Source of the DNA: Octopus sinensis
Taxonomy: Eukaryota
Direction: 5' to 3'
Length of the DNA: 64,000 nucleotides
Assembly: GCF_006345805.1 (NCBI RefSeq)
Contig: NC_043014.1
Coordinates: 5,518,001-5,582,000, forward strand
The position numbers were made by a program, and so were the translations under genes. The notes below the pieces were generated by a model that was not told the DNA's origin, searched no databases, and saw only the letters and a program-made list of their open reading frames with translations. Shown here piece after piece: positions 13,620-26,097 of the stretch. Each line of letters starts with the position of its first letter. Positions within the stretch are counted from its first letter, which is position 1.

Positions 13620-14330
13620 AGTCACTGGCTGACACTCGCTGACGATACATCGAAGAGGCCATGGAACAGAAGAAAGAAGAAGAAAGAAGACATGCACCCA
13701 ACACCAGAGCTGAAGACACCTCCGAAAGGCGGAGCCCCGCCACATCAAAACGGTAATGGAGTAGGGACCGAAACCGGACGTGGTTCCTCCGGATGATGCC
13801 TTGAGCTAACTGGATACTATAAAGGAGCTGTTGTGGTAGCAGACCACGAAACACGGTTGTAATTCCTTCACTGGTAGGCAAATGAAATTTTTGCAGCATT
13901 TGGCAGAGCTTCCTCATAGATTCTTTGGAGTTACTCGGACACTGGGTTTGCAGATTGAAACCTTTTGTGAGAATGGTTATTCTTTATGCACCAACACTTG
14001 TCAGTGCAAGGGAGATGGGCTGCTCCTGCTCTAGCTGTATCAGGAGTGATGACTAATATTTGGTTCAACTGAAAGTATAAATAGAAGCATCCACGTTGAA
14101 GTCATAAGAACATTCTTGATTATGTAATTGTCAACAGAAAAGACCCATCGGATGTAAAGCTGCCCGATTCATGCAGGGCGATGAATTATGGACAGATGAC
14201 AGGTTTTTTTTCCGTTGATTACACTGGCGATCACTGTCCCCCAAAGGCTGAGGTGTGAAGCAGGAAGGCATATTGGTGGGTGGATGCTTCTAAATGAAAC
14301 TTTCCTGCAGCACTTAGACATTACAAAGAA
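13620..14330 (-). mobile_element. Decayed retroelement-like relic, possibly the Ty3/Gypsy pol C-terminus; second copy at ~52870-53560
   Basis: GC-richer island. The minus-strand peptide QQLLYSIQLAQGIIRRNHVRFRSLL resembles the SYxV...G...RRN..LR tail of Gypsy pol. No catalytic motif was recognised. Confidence 0.3.
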
Positions 14331-14743
14331 GCAGCGAAATTAGACAATTCTACACAGCAATCAAGGATAAAGAAAGAAAATATAGAAAAGTACAAAACCA
14401 AGACAAAATAAACATAAACAAACTACATTTATTAGCTACGATTCACATACAAACTCATTCTACTGCTCGATATTTTCAATTTATTGAGCTAACAACCAGA
14501 ACTTTGAACAGAATCTTGACTGCTAACTGGTAGATTCTATACGTAGATAAGTGTTGAATGATTAGAAAAATGAATATTTCATAGCTAAATTTGATATCTG
14601 CTGACTGCATGCACAGACAGAGAACGTAATTATTCAGTCATTGACCTACATAGAAACAACTCCTGGCTTTTCTGCCACTCGACAGAGGAAATCTGAGAAC
14701 ATGACTTTGGATCTGTCAGTAGATATGTTCACTGAACCGCGCC

Positions 14744-14874
14744 AGCCTTCAGTTTCCGTCTTCCAAATTCACTCACAAGGCGTTGGTCGGCCCCAGGCAA
14801 TAGAAGAAGATACTTGCCCAAGGTGCAATGGAGAGGGACTGAACCCGGAATCATGTTGTTGGGAAGCAAGTTTC
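14744..14874 (-). mobile_element. Degenerate tRNA-derived SINE head fragment
   Basis: Reverse complement of the SINE at 23023 (GGGTTCAGTCCC...CCTTGGGCAAGT...GACGGAAACTGAAG). A paralogous copy is at 54032-54162. Confidence 0.7.
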
Positions 14875-16436
14875 ATGTCAATTTATTACGGCCGTGTCTA
14901 ACGACTACTTTAATTGATTGATGAAAATATTACACCATTGTAAAGAAACCGTTTCTGCCAGATGAATTCATGAACATTAAAATCGTGAATTCTTCTGACG
15001 AAAACGATTTCTTTACAGTGATGTAATGTGTTCATTAATCAATTGAAGGAGTCGTAAGAAACGGTCGTAATTGATTGACACCTGTACTTCTCCCGTTACT
15101 CATTTACATTTTATTCACCTGTCCTGGAATCTGCTCTTCGTAAACATTATGGACCGCATTTATATATAATGTACATGTCTGAGGCGCTCAAGAGCGGATT
15201 TCTTCACTCAACTGGGTTTAATTGTCTGCATACTCTGCAAGAATATCATTCGGCCGGTTCTAAGGTACAAAGTTCGATATTTACTCAGTAGTGTTGTGTG
15301 TGTATATGATTCCTACCTAACGAGGTGTCTCAATTCAAGTACCTGATTCAACAGAAATTTATTGATATTTTATATACATATGTGTATACTACGTACGTGC
15401 GTATACACACATACATACATACATAAATCCATACACAATTATATATGTATGTATAAATATATATGTATTATATTTATATATAAGCATCCAGACACACACA
15501 TAATTATAGATCTCTCTCATCTATTATATATATTATACATACATATAAATATATATATATGTATATAATATATGTATGTATATATATGTGTGGGTGTGTG
15601 TATATGTATATATATATGTACATAAATATATATATATATATAATATGTGAGTGTGGTGTGTATATATGCATATATATATATGCATTTATATATATATATA
15701 TATATGTATATATGCATATATATACACCACACTACATATTATATATATATATCAATATATATATTTATTACGTACATATATACTATACATATACATAATA
15801 CTATAATAGATATATATATACATAATTATATATATATATGTATATATATATATATGTATATGCATATTTCAATAGCATCATCATTGACGGATTCTTCGAT
15901 TATTCCGATGATATCAAGTAAACAAGTTGCCATTTTCAGGTGATATTTAACAAATAACCACATTGGTATGGAGCGAATTTTAATTAACCCGCTTGATGAC
16001 TGTTTCAGAACCACAAAGCGAATTTGCTAAAAAAAGTTGAATTGAAGAGGATATGAGTTAGATTTGGAAAGCAGAAATCAGAACCTACAGAAGGTAGACA
16101 GATGACCATCCTGATTATTATGGGACCAGAGCGGACCGTAGTAAACATTCTACAATAAGAAATGAAAGAGAAGAGAGAAAAGAAAGGAAATGAACGAAAC
16201 CGTGGATATACAATTTACATTGGATAGGGTACTTAGGTGTGTATATGTCCGAATATATGCAACAGCACGTGTTTACACACACACACGCACATATATATGT
16301 ATAAATATATATGTGTGTGTGTGTGTGTAAACACATGCTATTGCTGTTGCATATATATATATATTTATATGTATATATATATATATATATATACATATAT
16401 AGATAGTATATATATTATATACATATATATATTTAT

Positions 16437-16477
<41 letters not shown>

Positions 16478-16518
16478 TATATATATAATATATATATATA
16501 TATATTATATCTATATAC

Positions 16519-16621
<103 letters not shown>

Positions 16622-17823
16622 CAGATGTACTCGCATAGCAAGTAATTTGATCTGAGATCGTGTGCTGAAACGAAAACAATTGCAGCGTGGAAGGTGTTTA
16701 TAAGCCATTTAAGAAACACACAAAAGCCGTTCGATTCACTTCAACATTTAAGTTTAATTTGTCAAAATATTTTCGTCGCTAAAATCCGCGGATTGTTCAC
16801 TGATAAAAATCGGTGCTGCATCTGAGAATGTAACAGTTAGTTCGTCATATATATGTACGTATGTATGTGTGTATGTACGCATACATGTGTGTATGTATGT
16901 ACGTATTCGTGTACATACATACGCCTGTGTATGCATGTATGTATGTATGTATGTATGTATGTATGTATGTATGTATGTATGTATGTATGTATGTATGTGT
17001 GTGTATATGCACGCACATACACTCTATAAACATAAAGCTATAAACCTGTAGCGATGGATAGATGTAGAGTGACCACTCATCACAATACTATCAAATTTCA
17101 ACTTCCTCCGGCCGAAGCCTGGAAGTGACTTACGACTCTTACTCCCAAAACTATACCATAAAACCTATTATCAGATCTTTATCTCTATATCACAGAACTT
17201 TTGTTTTACTATTGTGCGTATGTATGTATGTATGTGCGTATGTATGTATGTATGTATGTATGTATGTATGTATGTATGTATGTATGTATGTATGTATGCG
17301 TGTATGTATGTGTGTATGTACATACGTACGCATGTGCGTATGTATGTATACGCGCACGTATGCATGTGCCCATGTATGTGTGTGCGTACATGTACGTGCG
17401 TATGTATGTGTGTATGCCCATACGTAGGTATGTATGTATGTTTGTACTCATGTGCTACGTATGTATGTGAGTGTCTAGGAGAATGGGCAGACGTGTCTGT
17501 GAGAGTGTGTACATGTGTATGTGTATGTGAACGTATGTCCGTGTACTGGCATGTGTCCGTCCAAGTTGTGTACATGACTGTTACTTTGTTGAAGGTTGTA
17601 TACATATTCACATATATGTTTGTATAGACGCACACACATTTATATATATGTGTGGGTGTGTGTTTGCTCCTCTCATCACCGTCTAACCGTGAATAGATAC
17701 AACGCCTAAGTGCAACTGTACGTATCAAACAACGTACGCTCATACGGTTATATATAACTGCACATACGCATTGCACCCTGTATGTAAGGACTACAAGTAA
17801 ACGAGAGAGAGAGAGAGGGGTGG

Positions 17824-19176
17824 TTATAGAATAGTCCTTCTGAATGGGATCTGGATGTTACTCCATTCGGACTTTCGGTTGAGAGTAGGTTTGTATTCTA
17901 GTATACAAACAGCTTCTGCGACCTGTCTCAACATTGCATCGGTGGGATGTGTTGATAGGATGTTCAACTTAAGTTTCCCTAAGGATCCCTTGTGGCAGTC
18001 TACAGCATGTTGGTAGAAGATGGAGTTTGGCTTCCTTTCAATGTAGTTGTCCAGGTGTTCTTTGAACCTATCATTGATGCTTCTAGAAGTCTCACCTATG
18101 TATGACTCTGGGTTAGTCGCGCAAGCTCCCTCCTGGCACTTAATCTGGTATACAGTGCCCTTGGTTTTACAATTTACATGTGGATTTGTCGAACATACTG
18201 CACAATTACTTTGACAGGTGATTCTATCAAATGGATATGATCTGCATAATGCCGATTTGATAGTCCTACCTGTCTTTTCTACAACTTTAATTTTTAGGCC
18301 CGTAGTGCGCAGGATTTTCTTGAATGCCTTACTTAGCTCGTTCTTAGGTGTGGCGTCAACGAACATTACTCCGTGAAATCTCCTGTTATCGTACCAAGTA
18401 ACGTTTCTCATCCTTTTGTTGGTGTCCCTCTCTAAACTATTCCAGAAATTGTTGCGGTATAGGGGGCATATACCGTTTTCGTTGTTCCTTAGAATGCGTT
18501 CGAATCTAGCTTTCGCTCTTTTGTACACCCTGACTCTATCGTCTTGTGTGTATCCGGAGCGTTGCATTCGGAATATGTAGTGCTGGATGCGTTGTTGTCG
18601 TTCTTGTGGTTGGCATAGTGGTGATACATTCCTCATTACTCTAATTAAGTCTGCCACTAGGATGTTGAGTTTGGCAGTATCCGACATAGCTGAGTCACTA
18701 CGGATTACTAGTGGATTAGCCATCGGTTTCTGATAGTGTGAGTGGAGTATATAGGGTTTAATGGTTCCATTAACCATAGCATCTTCCATCCATAGCTCAG
18801 TATCTAGGACGGGTAATCGTTTACTGGGTACTTTAGAGGGGTAGTCTATGGTAAGTTTTATACTGTTGTGGATAGAGTCAGCTATGTGTTGTATAGATGT
18901 CATCACCTGTTCTTCACTTGGTAGAGGGCCCATAACTGTGTCTGTATTATATTTCACAACAAAGTTAATGTCGTCGACGTAACGAGAGTACATAGCCAAG
19001 TGGATGTTACGGTTTGCTAGGCACTGTTTAAAATGTTTGTCCCACCATACCATGAAGAGGTTTGCAACGTCACCGGCGATCCCCACTCCAATAGCACCGC
19101 CCTTCGCTTGCCTATACAGTTTGTTGTCAAATTTAAAAATATGTGTTTTTAGCGTAAATCTCAGGCTGTTTTTAGC

Positions 19177-19179
<3 letters not shown>
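17824..19179 (-). mobile_element. 5'-truncated Penelope-like retroelement: RT C-terminal half plus GIY-YIG endonuclease
   Basis: About 450 codons without a stop. It contains YRQAKGGAIG...ANLFM, RYVDD (RT catalytic motif) and a C-terminal GTVYQIKC...YIGETSR...RF.EH GIY-YIG domain. The ORF's poly-YI N-terminus is only the adjacent (TA)n. Confidence 0.92.
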
Positions 19180-19252
<73 letters not shown>

Positions 19253-19260
19253 GTATGTAT

Positions 19261-20128
19261 AAATGTCAGTTTCGAGCTCCTCGTAGCTTGCGAAATTTAT
19301 GTCCCCCAAATGATTCTGTAAACTACGAAACAAATGGTAGTCTGAAGGATGAAGGTCGGGATAATAAGGTGGATGAGGAATTTTTTCCCAACCAACCTCT
19401 TCGATCTTCTGTGGTGTGATGTTTGCATAAGAAGAAAAGACCCCCTTTACCAAGCTTACTGCTTACGTCGTTTAGCATTTCGATAGAAGATCCATTTTTC
19501 GTCACCAGTCACAAGTCTATCCAAAAAGGGTGAAATGGGTTCGCGAGAATGGAGACAAGAGCAGATGTCAACTGGGGATTTGCGGTTGCTTTCGGACAAT
19601 TCATGAGGCGACCATATTCCATCTTTCGGAACCTTTCCAAGTTGTTGAAGATGACGATGAACAGTTGTCTGGCTAGAACTAAGCTTTATTGCAATTCTTC
19701 AACTAAAAATGAAGGATTTTCTTCAGGTAAGGCCTCACGGGTCTTATCATTAAACTCACCTGGACGTCGTGTTCTATCTTCATCCTCTAGGCTGAAACTT
19801 CCACTTCTGAAATTTGCAAACCATCTTCTGCAAGTTCTTTCATTCAAGCATTCTTTCCCATAAACCGAGTGTATGTTTCGAGTCGCTTCGAATGCAGAGA
19901 TTTTTTTGTACTCATAAAGGATTATGTGCCTAAAATGTTTTTGGATACTTCCACGTTAGAAAGGGTTTTAATCAAATAAATTTTAATTTTATTATTCTGT
20001 AAATAAAATATTTATTTAGTTAATATACAAATGCATAAAAATATTTCTTAATTCCTTTAGACATTCTAAAATATTAAATTACATTCAATTTTAAATACAT
20101 AAAAATAGGACAGAACTTATGGGATGAC
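19261..20128 (-). mobile_element. Mariner-like transposon relic, internally deleted and frameshifted
   Basis: Minus-strand motifs: VEVSKKHFRHIILYE (HTH start), PFLDRLVTGDEKW and [19 protein letters not shown]. One eroded TIR (GGACAGAACTTATGGGATGAC). Confidence 0.85.
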
Positions 20129-20196
20129 ACACACACACACACACACAGACACATATTGATACACACACAGATATGCACAGACGCACAGAAATACAG

Positions 20197-20241
<45 letters not shown>

Positions 20242-20844
20242 TACACACTAATATATATATGTAAATAAACTGCATCAGGGAGTGGGAAAGCATGGTACGA
20301 ATGTTCCTGAGATTTGAGGGATGTGGAAGCACATCTTACCCCTGGTGTTCCCAGATCTAACCTGACCCAGGGTAGTAGCACATGTTAGGGTCCCAGCTAG
20401 CATCCTAGTCTAGGAAAAGAAATCCTTGATATAAAACCACTGTAGCGCTGGATCTGGCGTGCAGACCTTGATTATATCTGATGTACCCGGTAGCACGCTG
20501 CATCCACCCTAACCAGATCTAGTACATCCCCAATCCCTATTGTGCTACTGTTGAGGACAGGTGGCCACGTGCGGGAGCGCTGTAATCTCTGGATATGGTC
20601 CACTCGAAATAAAATCATCTTTCAGTCAGTGTCGCTCGCTACAGGTTAATCATTCGGGTACAAGTCAATACCGACGACGACTCATATACAGTGAGGCCCC
20701 CACCCGGCTGTTCTCGGCGTCCTGCATGTTGGAATACCTACTTTCTAACGAATTCTGGAATTATATGATACTATACGAACACACACACATAAACACACAC
20801 ACTTAAACAACACGCACACACAGACACACACACAGACACACACA

Positions 20845-20883
<39 letters not shown>

Positions 20884-20912
20884 ATGCACACACACACACA
20901 CACACACGCAAG

Positions 20913-20971
<59 letters not shown>

Positions 20972-21597
20972 ACGCAGAGAAGACATTTTGATAATCATAA
21001 ATTTTTTGTCAGCAGAAGTATTCTAATAAGATCCAGTGTAAATAAAATGGAATAATCTTTAACATCAGGTTTGTTATGAAGTAACCAATAAAAACACTAG
21101 ACTGCATTAAATAAAGCTTTGCAGTTACAGTCTGTACAGATGTTGAACGGACAATGTAGTCCCCTACATGAATATTACAGCAGTTTCGCAAAAATAAAGA
21201 AGTAAACATTAAGAAATAAATAAATAAGAATTCTCCAACAAATAGGCATTTGTTTTCAGTTTACAAATTTGTGCTGAAGTCAGTAAAATATTCTGCTGAC
21301 TGTTCTGTGTTAATCGTGGATCATCTCTATCCAATCACAAAAGGTGTCATTTAAAAGGTGACACCCACAATTATTGTAATGTCTATCTGATTGGTTCCTG
21401 AATTTACGATTAGATTTTCGGCAGGGTTGGGTTGTGGAGGGTGAAAAATATCAAAAAGCCGGAATCAGACGTTAACAATGTTCAGTTACGATCCCGAAGC
21501 GAGAAGCTCACACTTATAAACTCCAGCTTACATCAACTTCAGATTTATCATTAAACCAAAACGAAATAACAGGCTGCACGGACGACCGAAAACCGCA

Positions 21598-21865
21598 ATG
21601 GAAATCGCTCAGGTGGGGAAGATCATTTCGCAGCGGTTTTCTGTTTCTTCTTTCATCACTTTTGGACTGTTTCTCGTGTTGACCATCACGATTCTTCATT
21701 TAGATGCAAGGACCAGAAAGATAGAAGAAAAATCAACCGCAGTAAGTACAGGACACCTGAAGTTTCTATATTTTAGTTGCAAGAAATGTATACGTATATC
21801 CATCCATCCATCCATCCATACGCACATACATACATATATAGACACATGTATATATATGTATTGTT

Positions 21866-21909
<44 letters not shown>

Positions 21910-22892
21910 AGGGGTGGTTTGTATATATATATATATATATATACAGATCTCTATATGTATATATATATTTATGTACATATATGTTCAAACATACACATAC
22001 ATACACAATCAAACACATATCATCTCTACACATTCCCTTCTCTCTCTTCGGTTCTTCTCAATCTCTCTCCATTTTTATCCTCTTAATCCTTTTTATCCTC
22101 TTAATCCTTTCTGTCGAAAAGCGTGCGGTCGAAAGACAAAAACCTCCTCCATTCTACCCGAAGGTTGAACTTAATGCACTTGCTTGTGGATTCTACACAT
22201 GTTCTTGTCTTTTGTTTTCTGTAAATTTGAAATCTCTATCTCATTCTCTGTCTGTCTGTCTGTCTGTCTGTCTCTGTCTCTGTCTCTGTCTCTCTGTCTC
22301 TCTGTCTCTCTCTCTCTCTCTCTATCAATCTATCTATGTATCTATATATCTATGTATTTATCTATCTATTTACCTCTTCATCTAGCTATGTATCGCTTTC
22401 TCTCTCTCTCTTTCTCTATCTATATATCTATGAACGCATTCTTTCAGCTTCCATTTAGAACAGAAGCTTCTTACCGTGTAGCCAGGTCTGCACCTACAGA
22501 AATCGATCCCATGCCGGCAATCGAACCCTGACCGACTGAACGATAGCTAGGAATTATATGTGTGTACATATAACATGTACACACGTAATCGTTAGATATT
22601 TCAGCCAGTATAGGCCCAGGCTATGTATAACTTAATAGCACCAACTGGTGAAGTAGTTTAGAATCTGATTCCCATCTCAGTCATAAGACTTTTTAAAGTT
22701 GGAGACATATCCGGGTGTTGGAGTTTGGTCGAAGAGTTTTTTGAGGAAAATTTGTCCTTAGAAATTTTGAATTTTATGGAATCTGTTTTCGGTTTAATGT
22801 ATTCTGCTATAATATCAAAGAGAGCTGGACTGGTTGAGGTAAAGTATTCGTGTCATATACACATATACATACATATATACATATATGTACAG

Positions 22893-22985
<93 letters not shown>

Positions 22986-23188
22986 TATAAATATATACAT
23001 ATATATATATTTATATATATATAGGCGCAGGAGTGGCTGTGTGGTAAGTAGCTTGTTTACCAACCATATGGTTCCGGGTTCAGTCCCACTGCGTGGCACC
23101 TTGGGCAAGTGTCTTCTACTATAATCTCGGGCCGACCAAAGCCTTGTGAGTGGATTTGGTAGACGGAAACTGAAAGAAGCCCGTCGTA

Positions 23189-23227
<39 letters not shown>

Positions 23228-23445
23228 GCGTGTGCGTCTGTGTTTGTCCCCCTAGCATTGCTTGACAACCGATGCAGGTGTGTTTATGTCCCCCTGACTT
23301 AGCGGTTCGGCAAAAGAGACCGATAGAATAAGTACTGGGCTTACAAAAGAATAAGTCCCGGGGTTGAGTTGCTCGATTAAAGGCGGTGCTCCAGCATGGC
23401 CGCAGTCAAATGACTGAAACAAGCAAAAGAGCAAAAGAGCAAAAA

Positions 23446-23503
<58 letters not shown>

Positions 23504-24645
23504 TCTTTTACTCTTTTACATGTTTCAGTCATTTGACTGCGGCCATGCTGGAGCACCACCTTTTAGTACTTATTCTATCGGTCTCTTTTTGTCAAGCAAT
23601 GCTAGGGGGACAAACACAGACACACAAACACACACACATATACATATATATACATATATACGACAGGCTTCTTTCAGTTTCCGTCTACCAAATCCACTCA
23701 CAAGGCATTGGTCGGCCCGGGGCTATAGCAGAAGACACTTGCCCAAGATGCCACGCAGTGGGACTGAACCCGCAACCGTGTGGTTTGTTAGCAAGCTACT
23801 TACCACACAGCCACTCCTATATAAATATATTATATATATGCATATATTTATATAAATATATTATATATATGTATTAGTCAATTTAGGGTAGCAAAAAATT
23901 CAATAGAAATTTATCGCTACCAGCGGCCTGGTGGAAAAGAGAAAATAGTCAACGACTAAATATATATATATAACAATTTAGGAGTGACCCTAACAGGTCA
24001 TTCGTCCACCAGAAAGAGCAGCCATAACTCACACCGCCAAGTAGTAGTAATTCAGAAATTAGGTGAAAATTTAAAAACATTTACCCCAATATATATTATA
24101 TATATATATTTGCATATATTAATCAATTTAGGGTAGCAAAAAATTCAGTAAAAATTTATCGCTACCAGCGGCCTAGTGGAAAAGAGAAAATAGTCAAAGA
24201 CTAAATATGTATAAATATAACAATTTAGGAATGGCCTAAACAGGCCATTCGTCCACCAGAAAGAGCAGCCAGAACTCAAACCGCCAAGTAGTGCAATTCG
24301 GAAATAAGGTGAAAATTTAAAAACGTTTACCCTAATTCATCTTTTATACGATGCATCGTTTCGGTGTTTTTAATGATAGACCAGCTTAATTAAATTAAAT
24401 TAAGCTAGTCTACCATAGGTCACACTTCATCAGTAAAAGAAACCTGGGAGAGACGAATATACACGAGGCGACTGTATCAATGCCTCGGGAATATCTGTCT
24501 TAAAATTTTCAAGACCAACGCATTCGCGCCAAACTTATCGGCAGCAAATATAAACTGCCGATTCAATCTCAGAATTAGTCAGAAAATTATCAATTAATCA
24601 ATTTAGGGTAGCAAAAAATTCAGTAAAAATTTATCGCTACCAGCG

Positions 24646-24676
<31 letters not shown>

Positions 24677-24689
24677 CATATATATATAA

Positions 24690-24721
<32 letters not shown>

Positions 24722-24768
24722 TTATATATATCTGTATACATACATACATATAGATAGATACATGTATG

Positions 24769-24829
<61 letters not shown>

Positions 24830-24889
24830 TTATATATATCTGTATACACACATACATATAGATAGATACATGTATGTATATATATATAA

Positions 24890-24970
<81 letters not shown>

Positions 24971-25203
24971 CATACGCTTACACACAACTATATATAAAAT
25001 TACTTCTCGTATATATATCTACTAACATATTAATGGATGGACGATTTTTAATGTGTTTAGAGAGATCGATAGACAGAACTATCGATCGTTTGATAAATAG
25101 ATATATTGGTGGATAGGTGGACAGCCTGACTGAGTGTTTGATAGATAGATAGATAGATATATAGATATATTGGTAGATATGTAGACAGACTGATTGAGAG
25201 TTT

Positions 25204-25256
<53 letters not shown>

Positions 25257-26066
25257 TTAGATAGATAGATAGATAGAGAGATAGATCGATAGATACATAG
25301 AAAGATCGATTGATTGGATAGTTTCATTCAATCGTGGTTATAAATGTCACGAAGTTGTAGATCGATTCCTTACAGGCCAGTGATGAACAGGTTCTGAATT
25401 CATGGACCTCGAAAGGATAAAGACTAGGCGCGACTACGCGGAATTTGATCATTATCTTGAAATATTCAGTATTGTAGATGACAATTATAAAAGCCCCCAG
25501 AAAGGTTGTGCGATAGATAGTGTTGCAAAATAGAAAGCAATGAATTTGTCAATTACTATACGTAGCAAAGACATAGGATTAGAAAAATGTAAGTTAGTTT
25601 ACAAGTCAATAATGAATTGTGTTCCATGTTGTAAGATAGAGATTGACATTTCTTGCTGAAATATTTTACATAGAAAGGCCTTATATATGTACGTCTGCCG
25701 CTTTCGTTTGTATACATAAATGAACATGTATGAATGCATCGCTTCATGTGTATATTCGAATGTGCGTACACACACACACACACAAAACAAACAGACACAC
25801 ACACGCGCACACACACACACACAAACAGACACACACGCACACACACACGCACACACGCACACACACACACACACACAAACAAACACACACACACAAACAG
25901 ACACAAACACACATACACACACACACACAAATAGACACACACACACAAACAGACACACACGCACACATATCTGTGTGTGTATTTATTTCTGGATGTATTT
26001 TTCCCACTCTAGATTCAGCTCAGATCTGCGTCCATGATGATGCACCATACATACATACATACATAG

Positions 26067-26097
<31 letters not shown>

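Noticed and set aside
20280-20760. GC-richer segment (also at ~56470-56960) resembling an RTE LINE 5' region
   Set aside because: The resemblance is vague and no convincing protein motif was found. Left unassigned.
23023-23100. tRNA-like A/B boxes as a tRNA gene
   Set aside because: There is no cloverleaf or anticodon arm, and the sequence continues into a SINE body and tail.
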